Origin: Mobula hypostoma | Taxonomy: Eukaryota | NCBI RefSeq assembly: GCF_963921235.1 | Contig: NC_086097.1 | Coordinates: 134,046,001-134,110,000, forward strand | Length of the DNA stretch: 64,000 bases | Direction: 5' to 3' | Shown here: in pieces, positions 26,749 through 37,528 of the stretch | How positions within the stretch are numbered: the stretch's first letter is position 1 | Layout: each line of letters begins with the position of its first letter | Position numbers and translations under genes: made by a program | The notes under the pieces: generated by a model | Told to the model about the DNA's origin: nothing | The model's input: the letters and a program-made list of their open reading frames with translations, nothing else | Databases searched by the model: none

Positions 26749-27990
26749 ATGGCTGGCTACATTGGAATGATAGACATGTTTGATTACACATTAGATAACT
26801 GGATTTTTATACTGAGCAAATTCAACAGAATTTTCAAGCAAATAAAATAACCAATGAGAAACATATACCAATTTTGCTGAGAGCATTGGGTTTAAAGGCA
26901 TATAGTTTGCTTCAAATTTTGACTGCTCGGACCAAACCAACAGAAATGAGCTTTGCTGACATTATCAAAGTGATGCAGGAATATTTAGAACCAAAGCCAT
27001 TGTTCATTGCAGAATGCTGTAGGTTTCAAAAGCATAATCAAAAAGAAGAGAAATCCACTTCAGCCTACGTAGCTGAACTGAAGAGATTGTCAGTTTGGTA
27101 ATGGACTTAATGACACACTAAGAGATCGCTTAATTTGTGGAATCTTACAAGATAGCATTCAAAAACGGCTCCTAGCTGAAATACAACATGCATTTAAAAG
27201 AACAGTTGAAATTGCTCTTTCAATGGAAAGTGTAGATAGAGATGCAATTGAGTTGCAATCAGGAATGAAAGTGAGCATAAACAAAACTGCAAAGTCCAAA
27301 CAGAAACCAGCCTGGCTGAACAGATTGTGTTAATGTTGTGGCAAAGTCTCACATACACCAAAAAAATGCATGTTTAAAGGTGAAAATTGCAGAAAATGCA
27401 ACAAAGTAGGACACATACAAAGGATTAATTGGGCAGACAAAAATAAGTGAAGAGAAAATGTGAAGCACAGAAAAGAGAAAAAGTCAAGCTGCAATTTCAA
27501 AACGAGCATTATTCTACATGCTGTTGATGAAAAATCTGATAATGATGAAAGTGACACAGGACTGAGTAACCTTGGGATATACAGTGTGAAAATTAACAAT
27601 ATGGTTTATGCCAGAAGTGAACGACAAATTAATTAAAATGGAATTAGACACTGGTTCAGCTGCTGCAGTCATATCACAAAATGAGTTTGAGAGGCATTTC
27701 AAAGATACTAAACCGAAGTCTGTAGATATCCAATTAAGAACTTATACTGGAGAAAAGATAACTCCTGTGGGAATGACATTCTTAAAAGTAGAATACAATT
27801 TTGGATTTTACCACATACAAGCTAAATTGAGCTTGTGATTAGTAAAAGCAGGAGGACCAGCACTGTGCGGGCATGATTGGCTGAGCCAACTACAACTTGA
27901 TTGGAGATCCATCCATCATTTGCATGCCACATCTCCTACAATAAAGTCAACTGAAAGTGAACTAAGAAAGGTACAAGATGATGCCACAAC
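26749..27990 (+). pseudogene. Gypsy gag-protease remnant (stops and frameshifts)
   Basis: MAGYIG... start; YLEPKPLFIAECCRFQKHNQ...YVAELKRL (gag); CCHC knuckle remnants at ~27330-27430 (CRKCNKVGHIQR); MELDTGSAAAVIS aspartic protease motif; GGPALCGHDWLSQLQLDW. Confidence 0.85.
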
Positions 27991-28039
27991 TGTCTCCATG
28001 CCAAACATCATGAACCGTTGCCCCACAGAGGACAAGCAA

Positions 28040-28573
28040 GTGTTGGTGCCATCCTCTGTGCCTCTGGTTCGAAAGTACATTGGACCAAGGAACGACTATG
28101 CTGCTCAGGGGAACCATGAAAGTGACGAAAGCAGTGATCTGACTACGACAGTGTTTGTAAGGAACATATCTGAGAGACCTCCTGATCTGTTAATCAGGCT
28201 GTTACTTGCAAAATGTGGCTTGGTTTTAAGATGGGAGAGAGTCAAAGGAGTTTCTGGATAGTTGCAAGCATTTGGCTTTTGTGAGTATATAGAACCAGAA
28301 TCTACTCTGCATGCATTTAGGTTATTGCATGAACATCAAGTAGATGCAAAGACCAAAGCCCAGCCGGATGAATGGAAGGCCAAAAAGAAAGGAGTCAACA
28401 GAGATACAAAAATAGAGGATTTATCAGATGATGTGAATGAGGAAACCAAAAGGGGAGACCAGATCATAAGGGGAGCAATAGAAGGATTAATAAGGGAATA
28501 CTCCAGTGAACTAAATGTCCCTTCCCTAGATTAAGATACATGAACTAGAAGAAGCAAAAAAGAATAAGAAGAA
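28040..28573 (+). pseudogene. rbm25: Intronless (transduced) fragment of RNA-binding protein 25, RRM region
   Basis: VLVP...TTTVFVRNISERPPDLLIRLLLAKCGLVLRWERVKGVSG*LQAFGFCEYIEPESTLHAFRLLH...VDAKTKAQPDEWKAKKK...GAIEGLIREYSSELN closely follows RBM25 (TTTVFVGNISEKASDMLIRQLLAKCGLVLSWKRVQGASGKLQAFGFCEYKEPESTLRALRLLH...). In-frame stops at 28259, 28532, 28541 and 28565. Confidence 0.93.
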
Positions 28574-28766
28574 AGTTGGCTACCAGTGTCAGAACCACTT
28601 CCTGCAGTCTCAGAGTCAACTCATACAACCAGCATGGAGGAGGCCCCAGTACCTGAGATTGTTTTCAAAACCACAAGTTTCACCTGCCAGGCAGAGTGAT
28701 CCCCTTTGTCAGAAAAGATGTTATCACACAAGAGTAAGAAGCCCCCCACAGTGATTAAATCTTTAG
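28574..28766 (+). pseudogene. C-terminal tail of the Gypsy pol polyprotein
   Basis: P/E/T/S-rich SEPLPAVSESTHTTSMEEAPVPEIV, then (frameshifted) KRCYHTRVRSPPQ*LNL*, resembling the RRYPxRxRxPPxRL terminus of Gypsy pol. Confidence 0.65.
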
Positions 28767-28834
28767 GCCTGAATGGGACAATTTAAACTTTACTATGCTG
28801 GGGATGCCTTTATGGTAGTTATATTATATAGTAT

Positions 28835-29399
28835 AGGAAAGGTACGTCGCATCCGGAGTTTCTTCGGTTAGTGGACGATTTCCCTCCATGCCTCTCTGAC
28901 GTGTGTGGTGAGTGGCCAAGTGGTTAGGGTGTTGGACTAACGATCTGAAGGTCGTGGGTTTGAGCCTTGGCCGTGGCAGTGTGTGTCTCCTTGAGCGAGG
29001 CACTTAACCACACAATGCTCCAGTCTACCCAGCTGAGAATGGGTACCAGCAAAAATGCTGGGGGTTAACCTCATGATAGACTGGCATCCTATCCGGGGGT
29101 GGGGGGGAGGAGTCTCATACTCTCAGTCGCTTTACACCACGGAAACCGGCATAAGCACCGGCCTGATGAGCCACAAGGTTCGTGACAGACTTTAATTAAT
29201 CTCTCTGACGTAGTGGGGAATCACGTACGAGGCAAGTTACAAAAGTGGTTTGCCATTGCCTTCTGCCGGGTGAGTTTCCAAAGAGATCACCAGCTCGTAA
29301 CCCAGCACGGATGGAAAGCATGCAGGGGAGCCAGCTAGATTCGAACTCGGGACCTTTCATCCCGAGGTCCAACGCTGATGCCACTACGCCACCAGCCGG
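28835..29399 (-). mobile_element. tRNA-derived SINE with RTE-like segment, split by a second SINE
   Basis: Minus strand: A box TGGCGTAGTGG, B box GAGTTCGAATC, then GAAGGCAATGGCAAACCACT (motif typical of RTE/BovB-related SINEs). Confidence 0.75.
28903..29200 (+). mobile_element. tRNA-derived SINE (Meta/CORE-like body) with 11-bp TSD
   Basis: A box TGGCCAAGTGG, B box GGTTTGAGCC, body CCTTGAGCGAGGCACTTAACC...GATAGACTGGCATCCTATCC. Flanked by CTCTCTGACGT at 28892-28902 and 29201-29211. Confidence 0.85.
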
Positions 29400-29473
29400 G
29401 TCATTATACTATACTACTTATATATTTGAGATGCATTCTATTGAGTTAGAGTTCATTGCTAAGCAGGGAGAAG

Positions 29474-29722
29474 TATTGTGTAGTTAATATTTAAGTAATA
29501 TTTGACTAATCTTGAAAATATATTGTTTGATTAAGCATTTTTGTTTGTTTAAGTAATTCATTACAATTTATATGTATAAATACGTGAATTGCATATGTCA
29601 TCGCGCTACTGCATGATACAAGCCTGTTTCGTCTGAAGTAAACACGAAGTTGGACCCGCATTCTCGGACTCCTGGGTCTTCCTTTGAATTAGTCTAATGT
29701 TTTGAAGTTACAAAACATTACA
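29474..29722 (+). repeat. 3' LTR
   Basis: Begins TATTGTGTAGTTAATATTTAAGTAATATTTGA directly after the PPT and ends GAAGTTACAAAACATTACA. Confidence 0.85.
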
Positions 29723-30844
29723 CATCCGTCATTACAACTCTCTGCAGTTAATGTGAATAAGCAGAAAGAGTTTTACTGAAGCCTCTATGAAGTTGTATGT
29801 TTCTATCAAAAAGTTTCCTTTCAAGTCTCTCAGTAGCTGAGAGCCTCTCACACACTTCTAACCAAGCTCCAAGAGTGGTCGCTGCTGTAACATAGGAAAA
29901 CCAGGCATCGTGTTCAATGATTCTTGAATGTTTGCAGTAAAATTGCATTCTTCCTACTGATAGTCTCAAGACAAAACTCGAGGGTTTGTCCCAGCACTGT
30001 CCTGAGTTACGTATCTGCACCCACTCCAAACGCCAACCTCTCCTACCCTCAAGAAACATCTCAGTTTCCTCAGGCTCCATGCTGACCCCAATGCACATGC
30101 AAGTATTGTTGCTATCCATGTTACTGTGACCAGAAGAAAATGGGAGCAGGACTGGACCACTCAGCCCCTCAAATCTGCCCTGCCATTCAGTGTGACCACG
30201 GCTGATCTGCTGTACGCCTCCATTCCTCTTCTGTGCCAGTTCCCCGATCCTTCAAAAGTCCACTGACATCCTCTTTAAATACCCCCAATAACTTGGCTTC
30301 TGAAATCCTTTACAATAGAGAACTGATCAATGGTTTGTGCATAGCAAGCTCCAAAAACCAATGACAGGTCAATCAGTTTGCACAGTTAGGCTTATAGAAA
30401 GATAAATATCAGTCAGAGCATCTGGGCAATTTCAGATGCTCTCGGGAACCCCAATCAACCACTCAACTCTCAACCAAGTTGTGCATTTAAGCCTTGAGAC
30501 TAACTATCCAAGCCCAATACACCAACTTTTCAAACAAAATGTTGTTCAAACTTCAACTATTCACACTGAGATGAGGTCTCAACAGCACAGGAAACAGACG
30601 GACATATTACATCCTCATAGCTTCAGAAAGATGAAAGAACAGTAAAGCACACCCCGAGAAAAAAAGCTAATTGATAGATCCACAGATTAAACTGAAACAG
30701 AGTGCACACAATTTGTATCGTGACATTGTGGTTAAATTACCGGACTTGTGTCCAGTGGTCCAGAGATGCAAATTCAAATCCCACCACAGTAGCTGGGGAA
30801 TTTATAACCCACTAATTAAGTCAATCTGGAATTTAAAAAAAATC

Positions 30845-31080
30845 ATCTTTACTTTATTACTTTATTGTCGCCAAACAATTGATACTAGAGTGTACAATCA
30901 TCACAGCAATATTTGATTCTGCGCTTCACGCTCCCTGGAGTACAAATCGATAGTAAATATAATAAAAATTTAAATTATAAATCATAAATAGAAAATAGAA
31001 AAGGGAAAGTAAGGTAATGCAAAAAAACCGAGAGGCAGGTCCAGATATTTGGAGGGTACAGCCCAGATCCGGGTCAGGAT
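30845..31080 (-). mobile_element. Probable non-LTR retrotransposon 3' UTR inserted in an older repeat
   Basis: Minus strand ends in AATAAAGTAATAAAGTAAAG tandem tail; composition differs sharply from the flanks. Confidence 0.45.
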
Positions 31081-31654
31081 CTTGCACCACCATCTTCTTG
31101 GGTTGCAATGATAATAAAACAATTGCGTAACTGCGAAAATCCATCTAGTTCACTAATGTTCTCCAAGGAAGGAAATCTGCTGAGTTTATTAGTCTATCCT
31201 GTATGTGATATGCTCATGGTGATGTGACTCTTAACTGTCCTCTGAAATGTGCACTGAGTTTCAGGACAGTTACGGATGGACAATATATAAAGGCTTTGCT
31301 GGCAATGTCTGCAGGCCATTATAGAACAGAACAGAACCGATTTTAAAGTACTGTAGTATATAAATATATTAAGTGCAGAGAGAAAAAGAAGAAAAGCTTG
31401 CATCACAATGGTGGTTTGCATAATAGATCATCTTAAAACATTTCACAGATAATTAAATACTTCTTTGAAGTATGGGAAACACAGCAGTCAATTTGCACAC
31501 AGCAAGCTCCCTCTAACAGCAAGGTGATAGTGATGAATTAACCTGTTTCAGCAGAACTCAGGTGAGGGAAAAATATTAGAGCCATGAGGTATTGAATACA
31601 GTCGTCCATTTTACACTTGAGTGCACTAAGGAATAAAACTATAACGTTTGTTCT

Positions 31655-31940
31655 CATAGAGCCATTGAGCACCACAGCACAGATAAAGGCCCTTTAGCCC
31701 ATCTAATGTATCCCAAACTGTTACTCTGCCGAGTCCCACCAACCCACAGCTGGACCGTATCCCTCCATAGCCTTTTCATCCACGTACTTATCCAAACTTT
31801 GCTTAAATGCTGCAATTGAACCCACATCCACCACTTCCGCTGGCTGCTCATTCCACACTTGCACCACCATCTCGGTGAAGAAATTCCCATTAAGTCCCCT
31901 TTAAATATTTTACCTTTCACCCTTAACCTATGACCTCAAG
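31655..31940 (-). mobile_element. CR1 LINE 3' fragment
   Basis: KGKIFKGDLMG...WWCK plus CR1 3' UTR (AAAGGGCCT..TCTGTGCTGT..CTCTATG). Confidence 0.8.
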
Positions 31941-33038
31941 CACCATCTTAGTACGTATAACTGAAGCTAAATTGTATTTAAAGTGAAAACGGTTTAGTGG
32001 GAGTTCAAGGACATTAGTAGAATACAGCTGAAGTTCAAAACTCTGGGCATTTCCTTACATTGAGTGTACTACTAACATAAGCATACACAGAGATCACACA
32101 CACGCATAAAACTGCTTCCCCTTATACCACCAGCAGACATATACAGTGTTAGAGCAAAAATGTATGTTGGTAGATTGAAGATTCAGTGGAAAGAAAATCT
32201 TATTCACACAGTCATGAAAATATGGAATCTGTTGGCTGGAAGACTGGAAGAGAGATAAGTGCCCGCATGATGCACTGTACCCTGCTCAGGCGGGTTATGG
32301 AGTCAGCGATTGGACTTAGTCTCAATTGCTCTTTTTTTATAGGCAGCGGGGAAGTAAAGTGCCAAATTACCTCCCCGTGTGCAGTAAATCTCTTCCTTTC
32401 TACACCTTGTTCAATTGGGTTTAGTATTCACACCTGAACAGGACCTAATATTCCAAATCGTTTACAGATATGAACAGGTGGATTAATTCCTGGCCTCTCA
32501 GGTCATTTCACACAGTGACTGCCTACCAGCTGAGATACCAAATGTTGACGCCTTGCTGGGATTTTCAAGTAAAATGCAAAGGCTTCTCTTACAGTGGCTG
32601 CTGCAGCCCAGCACCCGGGAGTAAATCCACTCATTCCACAGTTTCAGTTATTTCTCCTTGCGGAATAGTGAGAGAGAATGAGAAATAAGCCATCCAACCC
32701 CTCAAGACATTTCCGCCATTGACCATATCTGATATGTTTTGCCATGTCGTCCACTTGTCTCGAACTACCTGCTAACTAAAATGTTTTAGTTTGTGGGGAA
32801 ATGGACGGCCAGAATACCACTACCTTCTGAATGAACAAATTCTGTCTTTTCAATGGCTTTGCTCCAATTTTGTTCAGCCCCTTCTCTCTTGTTCTAGACA
32901 CACATATCAAGGGAAACAGTTTTCTTCTCTCTGTGCTGTCTTCTCCTTAAGCACCACATTTTGATCACCTTTTTAGTCTTCAACATGTGCACAAACCCTA
33001 ACAAGGCGTTAAGAGGGGATTGGTAATTTAAAGCAAAT

Positions 33039-33042
<4 letters not shown>

Positions 33043-33074
<32 letters not shown>
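33043..33074. repeat. (CA)n microsatellite
   Basis: Read directly. Confidence 0.95.
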
Positions 33075-33076
<2 letters not shown>

Positions 33077-33534
33077 CCAACTAAATTAACTTCATTCCGG
33101 TACACACTGCCGGCACATTCTGTCACGTGAACATTATATTGACACCTAGAACAACCTGGATGAATACAGCCACCAAGCATTACACACAGCAGCGAAATGC
33201 AATGTAGTAACATTTACAGTAGCTGTTCCTTCATTTGTTCATCGCGCCAGGTTTAAAATCCTAATAATAACTTTAAATTAAACTAACAGATTTTAATAAA
33301 TCCCTGTCCGGTGAGGATGTGGAACTCATTCCCAAATGGAGTAGTTGAGGCTGTGCATTGAAAAAAGTGGAGTAAACACAGGAGAGAAGAGAATAGGCAG
33401 AGATGATGATGAGGGAGTGGAGATGAGGGAAGAAGCTTGTGTGGGATGTGAACAGCACCATGGACTATCGGGGACCACAAGCTGCGGACTCTATGTAATA
33501 CCGAAAATGTTTATTAAAACGAACTTGATGTCAG

Positions 33535-34470
33535 ATTAAAAGGGAGGAAAACTGCAGTAACCTCTCAGATTAGACAAAAAGAAGCAACATAGATGGAATG
33601 TTTTAGTCTGGCCTCAGAGTTATTTTAGCAGCAGAATTACTGAGGTGATTAAAGCAGCATTGTCATGATTAGTCAGGTAGTAAAGTCCATTTGTCACCTG
33701 CACCAGTAAATTGAGTTAATACTGCACTACGGGCTATAGGGACTGTATAATATCAACTTGATCACATCAAAATGACTGCCAACCTGACACCTTACTAAAT
33801 TTATCAGCATTAATCATTGAACCTGTCACAAATCCATCAAGTTTACAGATAATTAGATGCTTTGTAATGAAACGGGAGAAACATCCCCATTCTCTCCATT
33901 TATTTTTGCAAGTGATAATTCCAAGGTCTCCTGGTTTATGAAGAACCATTTTCTCCTTTCCTTACACCCATGCAGAAGCAATGGAAATGTTCCCCTTTCC
34001 TGAGTCCTCATCTTGAATTCCCCTCCATCCGAACAGTTGGCCCACATCTTTAGGGCCCAAATAATCTCGTTAAGACTCTCTGGATACTGGTCTGGGGGGA
34101 AAAATGTCAAGTTGGTGCAGCTGGACAAGGCAAGGGATATCCTAATGAACCCAAGATTCAAATATGCAATGTGCTTAAAGTGCTACTACAAAAGATATTT
34201 TTGCATCTTTTCAGCTAATTTCCTATCTGTTTAAACAGCAGATGACTTAGTCATCAACTCCTTTGCAATTGCAAACCTGCATTTTGATTAAGCATGCCAA
34301 ATGTCATGTACAGCAAAGAACTGAAACACTAAAGCCTGCCAACTTTTGATTGGCCATTAAAACCAATGATGTATGTGCCTGTCAAAAGACAGACAATTAA
34401 ATCAATATTGGAAAAAGTCGCCTTGACGGCTTGTTTCTATGTAAGAGCTGTCAGGACGAATTACCATGCA
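33535..34470. promoter_or_regulatory. Candidate Pbx-Hox/Meis enhancer cluster near exon 1
   Basis: Minus strand TGATTAAT (33809-33816), TGACAG (33823-33828) and TGATGGAT (33832-33839) within 31 bp; many more TGTCA/TAAT sites; TE-free. Confidence 0.5.
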
Positions 34471-35674
34471 CCATCACGCTTGAATCAAATGTCCAGGACC
34501 GCTTATATAAAATATTTGTTGTTCAAAGTTGCAAATATCCGATAACCCACGAATTAAATCGAAACGTACAATGTCATCCAGACTCACCCACCCGCAGTTG
34601 TAAATCTCATCCCAGTAAAAGGTACAATTAGAACACGCACAATGGAGAATTGTTTCGGTGGTGCATTTTTTAAAGTAAAAAGGAATATCAAGTTAATTAT
34701 TTTGTACTTGAATGGGGCGGGAGAGCGGAATGAGAGAATGAAGAGAGCCTTAAAACTTGTAAGGGTCGATAGGGAAATGTGACGGAAAGGGATGAAGGCA
34801 AACTTGTGGGGTTGAGGGTAAAATAATGATAAGTGTTGTGGCTTAGTGTGCACCACGTCAGGAACATGTGGGTTGCTATGGTGAGTGATTTATTGATGTT
34901 ATCAGGAATGAATAGATCAAAGGATGCCTGGATGACAGAGGATCAATCACATGTCAAATCAAGGATAGGAATCGTCTATTAGGGATAGAAAGAGTGGGAA
35001 AAAAAACTAGGTCCCGTTGACCACACAAAAAAAATCTTGCAGTTGAAAAAAAACTTGCCCTCTTCATTTGCTTTCATTTTAAAGACATACATTTAAACAA
35101 TAGGGTAAAAAACTTACAGCATTCCCCGACAGGTCCATACTGCATATACCTCTTATCGATAGGGTGACTTGTTACTTTAAAACATCATTGTTTGGTTTTT
35201 TTTGGAAATTTTCACTTCCTTATTTTTAAAAAGAAAAAGAAACATAATATTGTCTTTTTTTGTTCTAGTGCGAATGTCCAGACTTTCAGTGCTTCAATGC
35301 TATATTGTGTAAAACGAAAAAAAAACGAGCTGCACTCCTGATTGGAAGGGGGGGGGGGAAGCGTGTCTCTGGGTCGGGGAGGGGTGGGGGTACACAAACA
35401 GGTGAGGGGCTCTGGTGGAGATGCAGTCAGCAGATCGTCGACGCAGCACAGGGGGAGATTGCATGATCAGGACAGCGTCTGACAGACAGCTGACAAACCA
35501 CGCCACTCACACGGGGAAATAGTGTACCCATCTGCATAACATACACACAAATGCAATATAGAGAGGGGGTGGGAGGATGGTTAGTGTTAGTGAGGGGAAA
35601 TAGCCCTAAAAATTAATCACTATCTCCGTATCTTGCATTGGGCACAGGATTTGGATGAAATGCAAAATAAAGTC

Positions 35675-35728
<54 letters not shown>
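35675..35728. repeat. (CT)n/(GA)n microsatellite just inside tshz1 intron 1
   Basis: Read directly. Confidence 0.95.
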
Positions 35729-35730
<2 letters not shown>

Positions 35731-35739
35731 CGATCTTAC

Positions 35740-35779
35740 CTGCCGACCGTCGCGGCGCCTGCTGTTTTCTTCTCGGCAT
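35740..35779 (-). CDS. tshz1: Teashirt homolog 1, coding exon 1 (13 codons + 1 nt, phase-1 intron follows)
   Basis: Reverse complement reads gagccATG CCG AGA AGA AAA CAG CAG GCG CCG CGA CGG TCG GCA G|GTAAGA = MPRRKQQAPRRSA plus a canonical donor. This is the vertebrate teashirt N-terminus. RRSA matches TSHZ1 (as I recall, TSHZ2 has KRAA and TSHZ3 RRAA), and the adjacent ptgr3-like remnant supports TSHZ1 synteny. Confidence 0.93.
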
Positions 35780-35908
35780 GGCTCTGACCGCTTCTGACGC
35801 CGGTTGGGACTTTCCAGAGTTTTGACTTTAATTTTCGGTGTTTTCATGCAGACCAATAAAAGGCAGGAGGCGAAAAAGTAGCAATTTTTTTGGGTGTGGT
35901 GGTAGGTG

Positions 35909-35911
<3 letters not shown>

Positions 35912-35941
<30 letters not shown>
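35912..35941. repeat. (GT)n microsatellite upstream of the tshz1 ATG
   Basis: Read directly. Confidence 0.95.
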
Positions 35942-35942
<1 letters not shown>

Positions 35943-37528
35943 GGGGAGGGTGCAGTAGGGAGATGTGGTGGTAGGGAGAAAAAGGGGATGGGAGAGGAAA
36001 AGTTACAGCTCTTGAAAGAGGGAAGGAGGCGTGGGTCTGGTGTGGTGTCCTCACTCTGCTGAGGCTTTGTAGCGTGGATATCGATAAAAAGCGGCGGCCG
36101 CTCGGAAGAGCTCCTCAGTGACAGCAGAGAGGAGTGAGAGTGAGAAGGATTCCAGCCACCGCTTCATGTGCATGAGACAGACACACACACTACAGTTACT
36201 TCGCACCTCAGGTCCCTCTCTCACTCTCTCTGCGCCCACTTACAGCACTTCAATCAATGCAGCCAAGACATCACACACAGTTGAGTGAGAGAGCTGTGAA
36301 CTATTTCTGCACCATCAGTATTATTATTTTTTTTGTGAAGGGGGCGGAGGCGGTGGGGAGAAAAACTCTCTGTTGGGCTGTGGGGAAATCCACCATGCAA
36401 GACAGTCTCAGCGGATCCACAGAGCCATCGAGCAGTGCCCAGGGATAATCTCCTCTTCACCTACAGACACCAGCGCACTGCAATGTTCTCAATGATCTCC
36501 TTTGCTCAGGGAAGTATTAACGCAGCGCAACAACATTTTAAAAGGTTTCTGTTTGCGATCCAAATCTAATTGGCGTTTGTCTGCGAGGTACACTGGTAAA
36601 CCGTAGCTGCTTTTTTCTCTCTCTCTACCCGGTGAAATTGTTTGCAATTCCTGGATGAGGATTCAGCCGCTTGGACAGCCAGTAAGATTTGATTGTTAAG
36701 GTTTTCCCCAACCTTTAAATCTTAAAATCCCCCGTGGCGTTTCTACATTTATAGGACCTCAATATTCCAAACTTATATGCTGAATGAAACAAAATAAAAC
36801 TACGTAAGACTGCAGCTCTGCTGGCCTTGGGATATTTCTGTCGGCGGTCTCTATAAGAGGTTATTTGCCAAGCGGGATGTTGTAATGTGAACTTTCCAAC
36901 TAATTGTCAATTAAGTCTCCAATTGAACAAAAGTCTTCTTCTTTCAAGTTAATACTGTTTCTTCAAACATATGCCCGCTATTTTGGGTTATAGTTGTGAA
37001 GAGTACATGGATTTCGCATTTTTCCCTCTTCTACTTTTGGTTGGCTGAAACTCGGCTCCAGATTGATTCGTTACACCTTTAAGGAAGTGGATGCTTCGTA
37101 CGGGAAGAGGAGGTCCTCCCGCTCTCTCTTTCTCTGCCGCGTTCTTCCTTGCACTGATCTTACTCAGAAATATTACTCCATACAATCGTATTTTGCACTA
37201 CCGCCCACCTCTCTTTGTACCGAGTTTGTGCCGTAAAACCAACGACAGAGAATATTTTTTCGAATACAAGTTCCTCTTCTCCTCATATAAAGAATGCAGC
37301 TGGTCAAATCCAAGCAATAATAATTGAAATCCCCAGTGCGTGCATTAACTGTTGTGGCACTTTGCTTAACTTTATTCCTTGTTTTTGCTCCCTGTTGGTC
37401 GCTCGGTGACCTGTTTAGGGTTGGTAGGGAGGAGGGGGTGTTGTTACGCTGGCTGCTTCGCCCGACTCCACGTTACAAGTCTGGGGTTGGGCTGCCTTCC
37501 AGCGACCACTGCTCACCGCTGTCGAGTC

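Larger units (their letters stand above)
26249..29722 (+). mobile_element. Decayed non-autonomous Gypsy-type LTR retrotransposon carrying an RBM25 fragment
   Basis: Two ~250-bp direct repeats, a PBS-like TTGCTGACCAG after the 5' LTR, polypurine tract AAGCAGGGAGAAG (29461-29473) before the 3' LTR, gag, Zn-knuckle and DTG protease remnants, and a pol C-terminal tail. No clear TSD. Confidence 0.9.
1..35739 (-). other. tshz1: tshz1 intron 1 (partial; the large zinc-finger/homeodomain exon 2 lies beyond the window start)
   Basis: The GT donor starts at 35739 on the minus strand. No ~1000-codon ORF with C2H2 fingers occurs in 1-35739. Teashirt genes have a tiny exon 1, a long intron and one large exon 2. 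Confidence 0.85.

Noticed and set aside
27920..28534. A functional rbm25 gene
   Set aside because: Partial, intronless, has in-frame stops, lacks the RE-rich and PWI regions, and is embedded in an LTR element.
28903..28975. tRNA-like sequence with A and B boxes
   Set aside because: It continues into a SINE body and is bounded by a TSD; no proper acceptor stem. It is a SINE head, not a tRNA gene. The same applies near 29330-29399, 44050 and 51590.
29141..29190. GAAAC...CTGATGAG in the inner SINE resembling a hammerhead
   Set aside because: No GAAA follows a stem II after CTGATGA, and the order of elements does not give a valid fold; it looks like ordinary SINE 3' body.
35620..36054. 144-aa ORF overlapping tshz1 exon 1
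   Set aside because: Wrong frame for tshz1, runs through microsatellites (HTHT, ERER) and past the splice donor.
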